A stretch of 64,000 bases of DNA from Alphaproteobacteria bacterium. GTDB taxonomy: Bacteria; Desulfobacterota; Binatia; UBA12015. The stretch is from the NCBI GenBank assembly GCA_017853315.1, contig JAFMJW010000002.1, positions 8,818 through 72,817 of the forward strand, in the 5' to 3' direction. This document shows positions 27,414-36,344 of the stretch, one piece after another; position 1 is the first letter of the stretch; every line of letters begins with the position of its first letter. The notes under the pieces are model-generated. The model was given only the letters and a program-made list of their open reading frames with translations. It did not search any database and was not told where the DNA came from. The translations under genes and the position numbers were made by a program.

Positions 27414-28385
27414 TCAGCCCACGACGTTGACGGGACGCCCGTCGAGGAACGCCTTCACGTTCTCGACGGTGGTCCGCATGAGCCGCTTCCTCGCGGCGAG
27501 GGTCGCCCATGCGTTGTGAGGCGTGACGATGCAGCGCGGGGCGCCGAGCAGGGGATTGTCGGCCCGCATCGGCTCGATCGAGACGACGTCGAGGCCCGCA
27601 CCGGCGATCGTCCCGTCGACGAGCGCGGCCGCAAGCGCAGCCTCGTCGACGAGACCGCCCCGCGCGGTGTTCAGGAGCCAGGCCGTGCGCTTCATGGTCG
27701 CGAGGAGCTCCCGATCCACGAACCGCTGGTTGTCCGGCCCGAGCGCGCAGTGCAGGGACACCACGTCGGCCTCGCGGAAGATCTCCGCGACGCTTCGCCA
27801 CGCGAAGCCCGGCCACGCGGGCGGCTCGCCGGGGCCGGACCGGGACGGGGTGGCGATGACGCGCATGCCGAAGGCGCTGGCGAGCTCGCCGACCCGGCGA
27901 CCGATGCGGCCGAAGCCGACGATCCCGAGCGTGAGACCCGCGAGCTCGACCAGCGGGCGCCGCCAGAACGAGAAGTCGCGGGCGCGGGTCCAGTCGCCGT
28001 GGCGGACCGCCTCGGCGTGTTCGCCGACGCCGATCGCGAGCTCGAGGAGGAGGCCGATCGCGTGCTGGGCGACGGAGTCGGTGCCGTAGACCGGGACGTT
28101 CGACACGAGGATCCCGCGTGCGCGGGTCGCGGCGAGATCGACGACGTTCACCCCGGTCGCGGTGACCGCCACGAAGCGAAGCTCCGGGAGCGCGGACACG
28201 ACCGCGGCGTCGATCGCGACCTTGTTCGTCACCAGGACCCCCGCTCCCCGCGAGCGCGGAACGACCTCCTCCGGCGCGCTGTGCCCGTGGACGACGAGCT
28301 CGCCCAGCGCGGAGAGCTCGTCCCAGGGGTTGTCCCCGGGGTCGAGCGTCGCCCCGTCGAGCACGACGATGCGGGGCGCGCTCAC
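27414..28385 (-). CDS. D-isomer-specific 2-hydroxyacid dehydrogenase (glycerate dehydrogenase/hydroxypyruvate reductase-like)
   Basis: 323 aa. The NAD motif is LGIVGFGRIGRRVGELA. Other motifs: LLNTARGGLVDEAAL, GLDVVSIEP and the catalytic His in IVTPHNAW. Confidence 0.9.
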   Translation of the reverse strand: MSAPRIVVLDGATLDPGDNPWDELSALGELVVHGHSAPEEVVPRSRGAGVLVTNKVAIDAAVVSALPELRFVAVTATGVNVVDLAATRARGILVSNVPVYGTDSVAQHAIGLLLELAIGVGEHAEAVRHGDWTRARDFSFWRRPLVELAGLTLGIVGFGRIGRRVGELASAFGMRVIATPSRSGPGEPPAWPGFAWRSVAEIFREADVVSLHCALGPDNQRFVDRELLATMKRTAWLLNTARGGLVDEAALAAALVDGTIAGAGLDVVSIEPMRADNPLLGAPRCIVTPHNAWATLAARKRLMRTTVENVKAFLDGRPVNVVG

Positions 28386-28425
28386 GCGCCGCCCCGTGAC
28401 GGACCCGGGGCGCTCCCCGCCGGCT

Positions 28426-28860
28426 TCAGGCGCGGGCGCGCGCAGAGCGCCGCGACCAGCGACGGGCCCAGGGGACGAGCGGCTTCACGAAGCCCACGAG
28501 ATCCAGGCCGTCCGGCGCGAGGCCGTAGCGACGGTCGGCCCGCGGCTGGACGAGAGCGGCTCCACCGAGTTCGGCGAGGCGCTGGTTCAGCACGCTCGGG
28601 GACATCGCGTCGCACCGAGCCTGGATCTCGGTGAAGCGCAGCGGTCCGGCCGACAGCTCCCAGAGGATGCGCAGCGCCCACCTGCGTCCGAGCAGGTCCA
28701 GGAGATCCAGCATCGACGACCGCTGCGAGGCGGCCCGGGCGCCGCGGTCGGCCGTGCTCGGCCCCGCCGGGGCGGAGCGGACCGCACGCATTCCGCGGCT
28801 TCCGGGGGCAGGGCCCGGGGTCGGGCGAATGCGGCGAATCGTTCGAGCGGAGGATGCCAT
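28426..28860 (-). CDS. HxlR-family winged-helix transcriptional regulator
   Basis: The core is LDLLGRRWALRILWELSAGPLRFTEIQARCDAMSPSVLNQRLAELGGAALV. The N-terminal roughly 45 aa are doubtful, and the true start may be an internal Met. Confidence 0.7.
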   Translation of the reverse strand: MASSARTIRRIRPTPGPAPGSRGMRAVRSAPAGPSTADRGARAASQRSSMLDLLDLLGRRWALRILWELSAGPLRFTEIQARCDAMSPSVLNQRLAELGGAALVQPRADRRYGLAPDGLDLVGFVKPLVPWARRWSRRSARARA

Positions 28861-28959
28861 GGGGACCTACTTTCGGAAGTGGACTTGAAGAGCCTCGGAG
28901 CGTGTCGATCATTTTCCAGTCCAGAGCAAATCCCCGGCCGACCTCCGGTCGACCCGCGG

Positions 28960-31374
28960 TCAGTCGATGATCCCCGCCCGCCGCGCCTGGCCGATCGACT
29001 CGATGACCTCGATCCGGCGCATGACCCCGTCGACCTCGGAGGCGAACCGGCGACGGCCCTCCGCGAGCCGCTCCCCGGACACGCCCTCGGCGAGCAGCCC
29101 CTTGTTCCGCGCCAGCGCGAGGCCGTTCTGGAAGGTGACCTTCGAGACCGACTCCGGGCTGCTGATCCGCCTCTGCAATTCGTACTGGCGCCCGAGGGCG
29201 ACGCACGACGAGAGGAAGGCCGCCTCGTCGAACGAGGCCCCCGGCGGCTCCGCGACCAGGCGCTCGGCGACCACCCGGTAGCCCTCGAAGAACGGCCGGA
29301 GCACGCGGTGAGCGAGCAGCGGACGCAATCGCAGCGCGGCCGCCCGGATCTCCGCGGGCCCCGCCTGCAGGAGCTGCTGCCAGTCCGGCGCCCGCACCGC
29401 GACCTCCTCCGCGATCTCGCCGCGGAACTCGTCCTTGGGCGCGAAGAAGAAGTCGAACTTCAGCAGGTCGCGCAGGCGGAGCGCTTCCTCGAAGAACGCC
29501 TCGCGCGGGTTGGCCACCCCCTCCTCGCCGGCGCCGAGCAGGGCGAGCTCCACGATCGAGGCGTTCACGAAGAAGTGGATGATCGTGTTGCGGTAGTAGG
29601 CGGCCGTCAGGCACTGGTCGGGGACGATCGCGTAGACCGGCTCGAGCGCCTCCCGGAAGCAGGTGACGACGCCGTTCTCGATCAGCCCGTCGATCGTGCG
29701 CTCGATCCCCTCGCGGGTGCGCAGCACCCACGGCGACTCGGTCACCGGGAGCCCGCGGCCCACGACGTAGTCGACGAGGGTTCCCGTCGAGCGCTCGATC
29801 TCGGCCATCGTCACGCCGCGCTGGCCGGCGCCGAGCAGGGCGAGCGTCAGAAGCGAGGTCGGCGTGACCGGCGTGACGCGGTTGATCCGGTGCGCGACCT
29901 CGAAGGCGAGCTTCTGGACGTGGATCGCCTCCTCGTCCGGGTCGGCGTCGTGCCCCGCGTGCGGCGGGCCCAGCGCCTCGCGCAGCGAGACCGGTTCGCC
30001 GAAGTTGATGTGGATGTGACCGAGCCGCCGGCGCAGCGAGCGCACGACGTGCACGAACCAGCCGAAGCTCTCCTTCTGCTTCTTGCCGCCGCGCTGCTCG
30101 GCGACGTAGTCGCTCACGTCCTGGATCTGGTCGTAGGCGATCGAGACCGGGACGAGGAAGACGTCCTCGGCGAGTCCGCGACGATAGGCGTCGGCGACGT
30201 AGGCGAGCAGGCCGAGCCGCGGCGGCAGGAGCTTGCCCGACCGGGAGCGTCCGCCCTCGACGTACCACTCGAGCGTGAAGCGCTTCTCGACCAGGTAGTC
30301 GACGTACTGGCGCAGCACGAACTTGTAGACGGGGTTGTCCTTGAACGTTCGGCGGATGAAGAACACCCCGCTGCGCCGCACCAGCGGGCCGACGGGGAAG
30401 AAGTTCATGTTGATCCCGCCGGCCGTGTGGTTCGGCGGGTGACCGTTCTCGTGGAGCGCGTACTGCAGCACGAGGTGGTCGAGGTTCGACTTGTGCGAGG
30501 GCAGGAAGACGACCGGGTGGCGCTGCCCGAGCGTGAAGATCCGCCGGAGGCGCTCGCGGTCGTACTCGAGCGCCTCCCCGTAGCCCTGCTTGTAGAGCGA
30601 GTGGATCAGGTGCGCGGAGAGGTCGATCACGTGCGGGTCGTGGGTCGCCGCGATCTCCTTCAGGTCGTGCTCGGCGCGGCGCGCGACCGACTCCTCGGAT
30701 TCGCCGGTCTCGCGGGCGAGCCGCGCGATCCCCGCGCGGAACGCGGGGCGCGAGAGGATGTCCTCCCGGACGAGCCGCGGGACCTTGTACCTCGCGCCGC
30801 GCAGACCCCTCTCGGCGCGCTCGAGCGCGAGCGTGGCCTGCCGGGAGACGAAGTCGGCGAGGCCGATCGTCTGGCCCGCGTCCCCGCTGCAGGCGCCGTG
30901 CCAGCGCGCTCGAAGGTCCGAGAGGTGGGCGGGCTTCCCGATCACGATGCGACAGAGGTGGGGGGCCCTGCGAAGCACCCACTCCTGGCGGAGACGCCCG
31001 GGGTCGCGCGGGTCGCCGATCGTGAGCAGCTCCCGCAGCGGGTTCTCGCGCCTCCCCTCCACCTTCTCGCGTTCCCAGGCCACGCGCAGCGGCACGAGCA
31101 GCGGGTCGCCGGACGGCGCGACCAGCGACGCCTCGAGTCGGCCGCCGATCCTCCTGCGACGCCCCGGACGACGCGACGGCGGGATCGACACGGTCTCCCA
31201 CGACGACCGATCGCCTCCCGCGGGCTGGTGACGCACGATCCAGCCCTCGAGGATGCGCCGCTCGAGGTCGCTCGAGGCGTCGAGCAGGAAGACGGCGCGC
31301 TGTCCGTCGCGCGCCGGCCACTCCGGCTCGTCCGGCAGCGGCCGATCGGCCGGGTGGGGAGCGGTCGGCGTCAT
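28960..31374 (-). CDS. plsB: Glycerol-3-phosphate 1-O-acyltransferase
   Basis: Start reset to ATG 31374 (MTPTAPHP...). The 804 aa are close to the 807 aa of E. coli PlsB. Motifs: HX4D in FLPSHKSNLDHLV, GVFFIRR, YVEGGRSRSGKLLPP. The tracked 1261-aa ORF has a spurious N-terminus. Confidence 0.9.
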   Translation of the reverse strand: MTPTAPHPADRPLPDEPEWPARDGQRAVFLLDASSDLERRILEGWIVRHQPAGGDRSSWETVSIPPSRRPGRRRRIGGRLEASLVAPSGDPLLVPLRVAWEREKVEGRRENPLRELLTIGDPRDPGRLRQEWVLRRAPHLCRIVIGKPAHLSDLRARWHGACSGDAGQTIGLADFVSRQATLALERAERGLRGARYKVPRLVREDILSRPAFRAGIARLARETGESEESVARRAEHDLKEIAATHDPHVIDLSAHLIHSLYKQGYGEALEYDRERLRRIFTLGQRHPVVFLPSHKSNLDHLVLQYALHENGHPPNHTAGGINMNFFPVGPLVRRSGVFFIRRTFKDNPVYKFVLRQYVDYLVEKRFTLEWYVEGGRSRSGKLLPPRLGLLAYVADAYRRGLAEDVFLVPVSIAYDQIQDVSDYVAEQRGGKKQKESFGWFVHVVRSLRRRLGHIHINFGEPVSLREALGPPHAGHDADPDEEAIHVQKLAFEVAHRINRVTPVTPTSLLTLALLGAGQRGVTMAEIERSTGTLVDYVVGRGLPVTESPWVLRTREGIERTIDGLIENGVVTCFREALEPVYAIVPDQCLTAAYYRNTIIHFFVNASIVELALLGAGEEGVANPREAFFEEALRLRDLLKFDFFFAPKDEFRGEIAEEVAVRAPDWQQLLQAGPAEIRAAALRLRPLLAHRVLRPFFEGYRVVAERLVAEPPGASFDEAAFLSSCVALGRQYELQRRISSPESVSKVTFQNGLALARNKGLLAEGVSGERLAEGRRRFASEVDGVMRRIEVIESIGQARRAGIID

Positions 31375-31560
31375 GGGGAGCCCGCACGCTTCTAGGGCTC
31401 TCCGCGCGGGAGCGTCAAACGCGAAGATCCGCCCTCGGCGGACGGCCCGGGGCGACCGGTGCGGGCGCCTCGCCGATGGCGAGCCTGCCACCGGTGGCGC
31501 GGCCGGCGGGGCGACGATAGGATCGCCGCGGCCGAGCGCTCCGGCGCAGCCTCCTCCCCG

Positions 31561-33030
31561 ATGTCGAACTTCCCGTCGCTCACGCGCGAGATCGACGAGA
31601 GCCCCCCGGGACCCTCGACCGCGGCCTTCTTCGACCTCGACCGCACGCTCATCGCGGGCTTCTCGGCCTTCAACTTCGTCTACGACGGGATCCGAAGCGG
31701 CAGGCTGGGCGGCCCGGCGATCGTCGAGATGCTCGCCGCCGCGGCGAGCTTCCAGCTCGGCACGATCGGCTTCTCCTCGTTCCTGACCGGCACGGCGCGG
31801 ACCCTGCGCGGGCTCTCGGAGAAGGAGTTCGCGGCGATCGGCCAGAACGTCTTCGAGGGCGAGCTCGCCGCCGAGATCTACCCCGAGGCGCGCGCGATCG
31901 TCGACGCCCACCGTCGGCGCGGCCACCAGGTCTGCGTGGTCTCGTCCGCGACGCCCTACCAGGTCGAGCCGATCGCCCGCGAACTCGGGATCGAGCACGT
32001 GATGGCCTCGCGGCTCGAGGTCCGCGACGGGCTGCTCACCGGCGAGGTCGTGAGCCCGACCTGCTACGGCGACGGCAAGGCGTACTATGCCCGGCGCTTC
32101 GCCGAGGGCCACGGCGTCGACCTCGCGAAGAGCTTCTTCTACACCGACAGCCACGAGGACCTGCCGCTGCTCGACGTCGTCGGCAAGCCGCGGCCGGTGA
32201 ACCCGAACAAGAAACTCGCCGAGATCGCGGCCCGCCGCGGCTGGCCGGCGCGCCGGTTCTCGAACCGCGGGCTGCCGAGCGTCGCGGAGGTCGCGCGCAC
32301 CGGCCTCGCGATCGGGAGCATGGTGCCGTCGCTGCTCATGGGCGTGCCGGCCGCGGTCTTCACCGGCAACTGGCAGCGCGCGGTCAACCTCGCCGCCTCG
32401 ACCTGGGGCGAGCTCGCGACCGCGCTCGCCGGCGTCGAGGTCCGCGTCACCGGCGAGGAGAACCTCTGGTCGAACCGCCCCGCGGTGTTCATCTTCAACC
32501 ACCAGAGCGGGCTGGACATGCTGCTGGTCTGCAAGCTGCTGCGGCGCGACTTCGTGGGCATCGCCAAGAGCGAGCTGCGCTCGAACCCGGTCTTCGGGCC
32601 GGTCATGTCGCTCGCGGGGACGGTCTTCGTGGACCGCTTCAACCACGAGCGCGCGGTCGAGGCGCTCGCGCCCGCGATCGAAGCGCTCCGCGCCGGGCTC
32701 TCGCTCGCGATCGCGCCCGAGGGCACGCGCAGCCGGACGATGCACCCGGGCCGCTTCAAGAAGGGCGCGTTCTTCATGGCGATGGCGGCGGGGGTCCCGA
32801 TCGTGCCGATCGTCGTGCGCAACTCGCTCGACGCGTTGCCGAAGAACTGGGTGGTGGTCCGGCCTGCGACCGTCGACGTGGTGGTGCTCCCGCCGATCCC
32901 GACGACCGGCTGGACCAGGGAGAACCTCGGCGAGAGGATCGCCGAGATCGAGCGGCTCTACGTCGAGACGATCTCCCGGCCGTCGGCGAGCCCGTCCGAG
33001 GGCACGCCGGCGCGGCCGGCCGACGTCTGA
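31561..33030 (+). CDS. HAD-IB phosphatase domain fused to a lysophospholipid (1-acyl-G3P, PlsC-type) acyltransferase domain
   Basis: ATG 31561. HAD motifs are FFDLDRTL (DxDxT), VVSSAT and FYTDSHEDLPLL. A TM segment follows. The acyltransferase motifs are FNHQSGLDMLL (HX4D) and IAPEGTRS. Confidence 0.85.
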   Translation: MSNFPSLTREIDESPPGPSTAAFFDLDRTLIAGFSAFNFVYDGIRSGRLGGPAIVEMLAAAASFQLGTIGFSSFLTGTARTLRGLSEKEFAAIGQNVFEGELAAEIYPEARAIVDAHRRRGHQVCVVSSATPYQVEPIARELGIEHVMASRLEVRDGLLTGEVVSPTCYGDGKAYYARRFAEGHGVDLAKSFFYTDSHEDLPLLDVVGKPRPVNPNKKLAEIAARRGWPARRFSNRGLPSVAEVARTGLAIGSMVPSLLMGVPAAVFTGNWQRAVNLAASTWGELATALAGVEVRVTGEENLWSNRPAVFIFNHQSGLDMLLVCKLLRRDFVGIAKSELRSNPVFGPVMSLAGTVFVDRFNHERAVEALAPAIEALRAGLSLAIAPEGTRSRTMHPGRFKKGAFFMAMAAGVPIVPIVVRNSLDALPKNWVVVRPATVDVVVLPPIPTTGWTRENLGERIAEIERLYVETISRPSASPSEGTPARPADV

Positions 33031-33036
33031 CGCCCC

Positions 33037-33060
33037 GGGCGCGAGAGGCGCGACGCGCCC
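33037..33060. terminator. GC hairpin between convergent genes
   Basis: GGGCGCG (33037-33043) pairs with CGCGCCC (33054-33060) around a 10-nt loop. Confidence 0.25.
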
Positions 33061-33073
33061 GCGACGGCCGTCG

Positions 33074-33301
33074 TCACTCGCCGGGGAAGTCGACCTCGAC
33101 GATCCCGCTCGCCTCGGCGTCGACGATCGTGACGAGCTCGTGCCCCTCGCCGTCGCCGCAGCGCTCGTCGTAGGGATTGATCGCGCGGCAGCGCAGGCAG
33201 ACGAGCGCCTCGAAGTCGACCAGCCGGTCGTACTGCGACTCGCTGAGCCGCACCGGGGCCGGCGACTCCGCGCCCGCCCCCGGATTCTTCCCGCCGGCCA
33301 T
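33074..33301 (-). CDS. Small hypothetical protein (75 aa) with a CxxC...C...H cluster
   Basis: The ATG at 33301 shares one nt with the enoyl-CoA hydratase stop (TGATG). The product is MAGGKNPGAG...LVCLRCRAINPYDERCGDGEGHELV.... I recognise no family. Confidence 0.4.
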   Translation of the reverse strand: MAGGKNPGAGAESPAPVRLSESQYDRLVDFEALVCLRCRAINPYDERCGDGEGHELVTIVDAEASGIVEVDFPGE

Positions 33302-34101
33302 CAGCGCCCCTCGAAGCGCGGCTCCCGCTTCTCGACGAAGGCCATGACGCCTTCCTTGAAGTCGTTCGAGCGGAACAGCGCCATGAGCTGCACGAGGACG
33401 TGGTGGGAGTGCGCCTCGAAGTCCTCGCCGAGCCCGTGGCGGTAGAGGCGCTTCATCGCCTTCACCGCGAGCGGCGCGTTGGACGCGATCTTCGCCGCCC
33501 AGCGCGAGGTCTCCTCGATCAGCCGGTCGGCCGGGACGACCACGTTCACGAGGCCGAGTTCCGCCGAGCGTGCCGGGTCGAGGTCGTCGCCGAGGAAGCC
33601 GATCTCGCAGGCCTTCGCCCAGCCGACGAGCCGCGGCAGGTACCAGGTTCCCCCGCTCTCGGGCAGGACGCCGCGGCGAGCGAAGCCCGGCAGGAGCTTC
33701 GCCGCGTCGCTCATGAGCCGGATGTCGCAGCCGAGCGCCAGGTCGAGGCCGTAGCCCGCGGCGGCGCCGTTGATCGCGCACAGGACCGGCGTGTCGAGCT
33801 GGTGGAGGACGACCGTGGGCAGCTCGCGGGTTCCGATGTGGGCGACCCCACTGCCCTCGCCGCCGAGGGCGTCGCCGCCGATCCCCTTGCCCGCGGCCGC
33901 ATCCTTCAGGTCGAGACCGCTGCAGAAGCCGCGGCCGGCCCCGGTCAGGACGATCGCCCGGACCTCGCGGTCGCGCTCGGACTCGAGCAGTGACGACGTG
34001 AGTTCCTCGAGCATCGCGACGCTGATCGCGTTTCGCCTCTCCGGTCGGTTGAGCGTGACCCAGGCGACACGCTCCTTCTTCTCGAACAGGACGTCGGGCA
34101 T
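33301..34101 (-). CDS. Enoyl-CoA hydratase/isomerase (crotonase family)
   Basis: ATG 34101 is preceded by GGAGGAG. The product starts MPDVLFEKKERVAWVTLNRPERRNA. The oxyanion-hole segment is LTGAGRGFCSGLDLK. 266 aa. Confidence 0.9.
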   Translation of the reverse strand: MPDVLFEKKERVAWVTLNRPERRNAISVAMLEELTSSLLESERDREVRAIVLTGAGRGFCSGLDLKDAAAGKGIGGDALGGEGSGVAHIGTRELPTVVLHQLDTPVLCAINGAAAGYGLDLALGCDIRLMSDAAKLLPGFARRGVLPESGGTWYLPRLVGWAKACEIGFLGDDLDPARSAELGLVNVVVPADRLIEETSRWAAKIASNAPLAVKAMKRLYRHGLGEDFEAHSHHVLVQLMALFRSNDFKEGVMAFVEKREPRFEGR

Positions 34102-34208
34102 CGTCGCTCCTCCGGGCCGGCGCCGCGACCGGCGGCTCGGGGCGTCCTTGACACGCGGGGGCGGGCGACGCCACATGTCGACACCACCGACCTGCCCGGA
34201 GGAAAGCC

Positions 34209-35156
34209 ATGCCGCTCGACCCGAAGTGCAAGATCCTGCTCGACGTCCTCTCGCCGCCGGGCGCGCGTCGGCTCGAGGAGTCCTCGGTCGCCGAGGCGCG
34301 CGAAATGATGGACCGTCTCGCCGCCATGCGCGCGGGCGGCGAGGTCCCGGCCTACCCGGGCACGATCCGGGACCGGCAAATCCCGGGGCCCCACGGGCCG
34401 ATCCCCGTCCGGATCTACGCCCCGGAATCGAAGGGGCCGCACCCGCTGCTCGCCTTCTTCCACGGCGGCGGCTGGGTGCTCGGCTCGGTCGCGACCGCCG
34501 ACGTCGCCTGCCGCGCGCTTGCCGCCGCGACCGGCTGCGTTCTCGTCTCGGTCGACTACCGGCTCGCCCCCGAGCACGAGTTCCCGGTCCCGCTCGACGA
34601 CTGCACGGCCGCCGTGCGCTGGCTCGCCGAGCACGCGGCCGAGGTCGACGCCGACCCGGCCCGCATCGCGGTCGGCGGCGACAGCGCCGGCGGCAACCTC
34701 TCCGCCGCGGTCGCCCTGCGCCTGCGCGACGAGGGAGGCCCTCGCCTCGCCCACCAGATGCTCGTCTACCCGGTGACCGACGCCTCCTTCGAGACCCGGT
34801 CGTACCGCGAGAACGGCGAGGGCTACTTCCTGACGCGCGCCGGCATGGAGTGGTTCTGGAACCACTACCTGCCGGGGCCGGCGGACGCGGCGAACCCGCT
34901 CGCCTCGCCGCTGCGGGCGCCCGACCTGCGCGGCCTTCCCCCCGCGACGGTCATCACCGCGGAGTTCGACCCGCTCCGCGACGAGGGCGAGGCCTACGCG
35001 GAGCGACTGCGCGAGGCCGGCGTGCCGGTGCGACTCACGCGCTACGACGGCGTGATCCACGGTTTCTTCGGCATGGTCGACACGCTCGACCAGGCCGACG
35101 AGGCGATCCGCGAGGCGGCCGCGGCCTTGCGGGCGTCGTTCGGCACCGCCGCCTGA
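34209..35156 (+). CDS. Alpha/beta hydrolase, hormone-sensitive-lipase-like esterase
   Basis: 315 aa with HGGGW, the nucleophile elbow GDSAGGNL, DPLRDEG and a C-terminal HGF. Confidence 0.9.
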   Translation: MPLDPKCKILLDVLSPPGARRLEESSVAEAREMMDRLAAMRAGGEVPAYPGTIRDRQIPGPHGPIPVRIYAPESKGPHPLLAFFHGGGWVLGSVATADVACRALAAATGCVLVSVDYRLAPEHEFPVPLDDCTAAVRWLAEHAAEVDADPARIAVGGDSAGGNLSAAVALRLRDEGGPRLAHQMLVYPVTDASFETRSYRENGEGYFLTRAGMEWFWNHYLPGPADAANPLASPLRAPDLRGLPPATVITAEFDPLRDEGEAYAERLREAGVPVRLTRYDGVIHGFFGMVDTLDQADEAIREAAAALRASFGTAA

Positions 35157-35162
35157 GACGAC

Positions 35163-35194
35163 GGAGCCGGAGCGGCCACGGCCGTGCCGGCTCC
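35163..35194. terminator. GC hairpin between convergent genes
   Basis: GGAGCCGG (35163-35170) pairs with CCGGCTCC (35187-35194) around a 16-nt loop. Confidence 0.25.
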
Positions 35195-35220
35195 CGCGCG
35201 AGCGACCCGCTCCCGCCGAA

Positions 35221-35673
35221 TCAGTGCGAAGCGGGGGCCGCGGGAATCTGCTTCGCCGCCGCGACGACCTCCGCGGCGGTCTTGCCGTCGAGCACCTTCT
35301 TCACCGCGACCCGCGCCCGCTGCGGATCGAGGCGGTTCTCGGCCTGTCCGACGTCGAGTTCCTTGCGCACGAGCGCGAGCGTCGCCTGGTTGAACTCGTT
35401 CAGTTGCTGCGGCGTGAGCGACTTCTGCAGGCGCTCCATCGTGCGCGCCGCGGACTCCTCGCTCGACATGTCGATGCGGGGCGTGTCGGCATCGACGCGC
35501 GGCGCACCGGTGCAACCGCCGAGGCCGGGAGCCGCCAGCAGCAGGAAGGCGAGCGAGGCGCCGCCGACCCGGCTGCGGGACTGGCCGAGCCGGAAGAACG
35601 ATCCCCCGATCTCGCGGGACGGCTGCCGGTCGTCCCTCCGATCCGTCCGGTCGTCGTCTCCACCCGCGCTCAT
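35221..35673 (-). CDS. Small lipoprotein of unknown function
   Basis: ATG 35673 is preceded by AAGGAGAGG and overlaps the upstream stop as ATGA. The lipobox is LAFLLLAAPGLGGC. The C-terminus is helical (LTPQQLNEFNQATLALVRKEL...). Confidence 0.6.
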   Translation of the reverse strand: MSAGGDDDRTDRRDDRQPSREIGGSFFRLGQSRSRVGGASLAFLLLAAPGLGGCTGAPRVDADTPRIDMSSEESAARTMERLQKSLTPQQLNEFNQATLALVRKELDVGQAENRLDPQRARVAVKKVLDGKTAAEVVAAAKQIPAAPASH

Positions 35674-36344
35674 GCCGTCCTCTCCTTCAACCCACGCTGC
35701 TGCATGCGCCAGACGAGGAGCTCCAGCCGATCCTGGCCGAAGAAGGGCTCGCCTTCGAAGGCCATGGTCGGCACGCCCCAGTGGCCGGCCGTCTCGAGGT
35801 CGCGCTGGTTCTGCTCGATGATCGCGTGCAGACGCTCGCCCTCGCGCTCGACGACCGCGTCCATCTCCGCGAGATCGCAGCCGGCGCGCGCCGCCGCGTC
35901 GGCGAGGTGCGAGCCCTCGTGCCATCCGACGACCTGGCCGTTCCAGATGATCTTCGACACCTCGTCGACGAAGGCGAGGCCCTTCCCCCGCTCGGCGGCG
36001 AGTTGTCCGAGTCGCGTCAGCCGGTGGATGTGGGGCTGCTCGTCGGCGACCTTGCGCGTCATGAAGTCCTGCACGATCGGGTCGGGCCGCGGCCAGCCGA
36101 AGTCGATCCCGTGGAACTCGGCGATCCGCATGCAGTCGCGCAGCAGGTAGGGCGGCCAGAGCGGGTTCACCTGCTCGAAGAAGCCGGGGATCCGTACGGC
36201 GATCGGGAGCACCGGACGGACGCGAAGGTCGACGTCGTAGCGGCGCTGGATCCCGACCAGGCGGCCGGTCGCGAGGTAGGAGTAGGGACTGCGAAACGAC
36301 CAGAAGACGTCGCAGGCGAGGGTGCTGCCGGTAGCCGAGGTCAT
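35670..36344 (-). CDS. 2-hydroxychromene-2-carboxylate isomerase-family (DsbA-fold) protein
   Basis: ATG 36344 overlaps the upstream stop as ATGA. FWSFRSPYSYLA is the family N-terminal motif, with no CxxC. The C-terminus reads GHWGVPTMAFEGEPFFGQDRLELL. 224 aa. Confidence 0.8.
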   Translation of the reverse strand: MTSATGSTLACDVFWSFRSPYSYLATGRLVGIQRRYDVDLRVRPVLPIAVRIPGFFEQVNPLWPPYLLRDCMRIAEFHGIDFGWPRPDPIVQDFMTRKVADEQPHIHRLTRLGQLAAERGKGLAFVDEVSKIIWNGQVVGWHEGSHLADAAARAGCDLAEMDAVVEREGERLHAIIEQNQRDLETAGHWGVPTMAFEGEPFFGQDRLELLVWRMQQRGLKERTA

